Source of the DNA: Neoconidiobolus thromboides FSU 785 | Taxonomy: Eukaryota > Fungi > Entomophthoromycota | DNA: 64,000 nucleotides | Assembly (NCBI GenBank): GCA_025603075.1 | Contig: MU626259.1 | Span: 248,001 to 312,000 of the forward strand | Direction of reading: 5' to 3' | Shown: piece after piece, positions 62,767 to 64,000 of the stretch | Numbering within the stretch: the stretch's first letter is position 1 | How the letters are laid out: the number at the start of each line of letters is the position of its first letter | Translations under genes and position numbers: made by a program | The notes under the pieces: generated by a model | Seen by the model: only the letters and a program-made list of their open reading frames with translations | Told to the model about the DNA's origin: nothing | Database searches by the model: none

Positions 62767-63209
62767 GTTTCCTAAAAAATTTACTAACTTTTTTTATTTA
62801 GTAAAATATAAAGTTACGTTCATAATGATAAAATAACAAAACTGATGGTTGATAATCTTTATATTACATATAGTAACTATTTTTATTTAAGAACATAGCT
62901 TTTTATGACATAACTAACTTTTAAATATTATACCTATCCTTAGTTTTTTATTATTTTATTATTTTATTATTATGAATGTAACTTTATATTCTGTTAGATA
63001 GGTTTTATTTTTGTTTTTTATACACTTCTTTAATATAGTTGTTATAAACTTTTTCTCAAACTTTTGGCTTTTTATAGTATAAACCAATTAATTTTTAAGT
63101 GTAAAGTTTTATAAAAATTTAAATATTGTTGTTATTTTTTATTATTGTTTTTTATTTTGAAAAGTTTGTAAAAATGAAGTTTTAAATATATAAAATAAAG
63201 TAAATAGTA

Positions 63210-63315
63210 ATATAGGGGTGTTTTTTTTGGCTTCGTTATTTTTCCACCTTTTAAGCGCTATTTGAGTGGAAAAATTGTTAGTAAAATTGTTAAACACAAA
63301 AATACATCCCCATAT
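63210..63315 (-). mobile_element. MITE-like family A copy
   Basis: atataggggtgttttttttggcttcg...aaacacaaaaatacatccccatat. Confidence 0.9.
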
Positions 63316-64000
63316 GATATCTGTGGAATCTGACACTGAGTGATTGGAGTCAATAACAGCTATTACCTAGTTGACTATAGTATAAGCTGAGAGGTCTTAG
63401 TTTATGTGACTAAGATAGACTTGGATTATGAAGAATAGCACGTAATAGGTTACAAGCTATATAAAACAAATAGAATAGACAATACTAATGTAAACCTACG
63501 TAAAATACTATTAAGAAAACTTAGTGGCTTTATTAAATGTTCGAGATATCAGGGAATAATTCAGTTAAAAAGCCTCGAACTATACCCTGTAAACTCTTTT
63601 ATACTCTGAAAAGTATAAATATCAAAATGAGAAGATAATATTTTTTGGGATGGAGCTAGAAATTCTCATAGCAAATCAAACTAAGAACGTAGGATTGATT
63701 TTCTCTGAGCTCAAGAACACAACAGCTTAGGCGATTGTTATGCTATAATTAACCATGGGACTGACAAAGTGATATTTCACACTACAGACTATGTAAGACA
63801 AATATAATAGATTTTACATTAGTATTGTCTATTCTATTTGTTTTATATAGCTTGTAACCTATTACGTGCTATTCTTCATAATCCAAGTCTATCTTAGTCA
63901 CATAAACTAAGACCTCTCAGCTTATACTATAGTCAACTAGGTAATAGCTGTTATTGACTCCAATCACTCAGTGTCAGATTCCACAGATATCATATGGGGA
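63307..64000. mobile_element. Large fold-back element (family C core) with perfect inverted repeats of at least 188 bp, cut by the window edge
   Basis: 63307-63494 is the exact reverse complement of 63813-64000 (checked base by base). The 318-bp spacer has no ORF in the track. The last 10 nt begin another family A copy. Confidence 0.93.

Noticed and set aside
63142-63336. 64-aa ORF
   Set aside because: It is a translation through a MITE copy and the arm of the inverted repeat.
15340-64000. Family A repeat as a CRISPR array or solo LTR
   Set aside because: Copies are dispersed, in both orientations and without regular spacers, and the genome is eukaryotic. The termini can be read TG...CA, but no 4-6 bp variable direct TSD is visible, so a solo LTR is disfavoured though not excluded.

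Overview
This is a very AT-rich eukaryotic (fungal) genomic window with short GT-AG introns, mostly about 45-70 nt. The supplied ORF track ignores introns, so it fragments or misses several genes; I spliced those by eye. Homocitrate synthase (alpha-aminoadipate lysine pathway), Zn(II)2Cys6 factors, a Gti1/Pac2 (WOPR) factor and neutral trehalase indicate a fungus. The AT content and gene content suggest an early-diverging, zygomycete-grade lineage (inference only). About 25 protein genes are supported: NTH1, an OXLD1-like gene, DUF1206, an ATP-type diacylglycerol kinase, a kelch membrane protein, homocitrate synthase, SRRM1/PWI, IES2, Tudor-SN, a 13-exon MEIOB-like gene that the track shows only as two fragments, three tandem TSPO paralogs, NudC, NDUFA6, MRPL36, a small Cys-rich secreted peptide, two Zn-cluster factors, an M28 glutamate carboxypeptidase, a 7TM GPCR-like protein, a WOPR factor, a coiled-coil protein and a mitochondrial NAD+/folate-type carrier. 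There are three tRNA genes (Gln-TTG, Ala-TGC, Leu-TAA). The most striking non-genic structure is a ~105-bp MITE-like repeat present in 15 copies, 10 of which lie on the 5' side of the three tRNA genes. The window also has a perfect inverted repeat of at least 188 bp at its right edge and other foldback elements. All family assignments come from motif recognition from memory; no database search was run.
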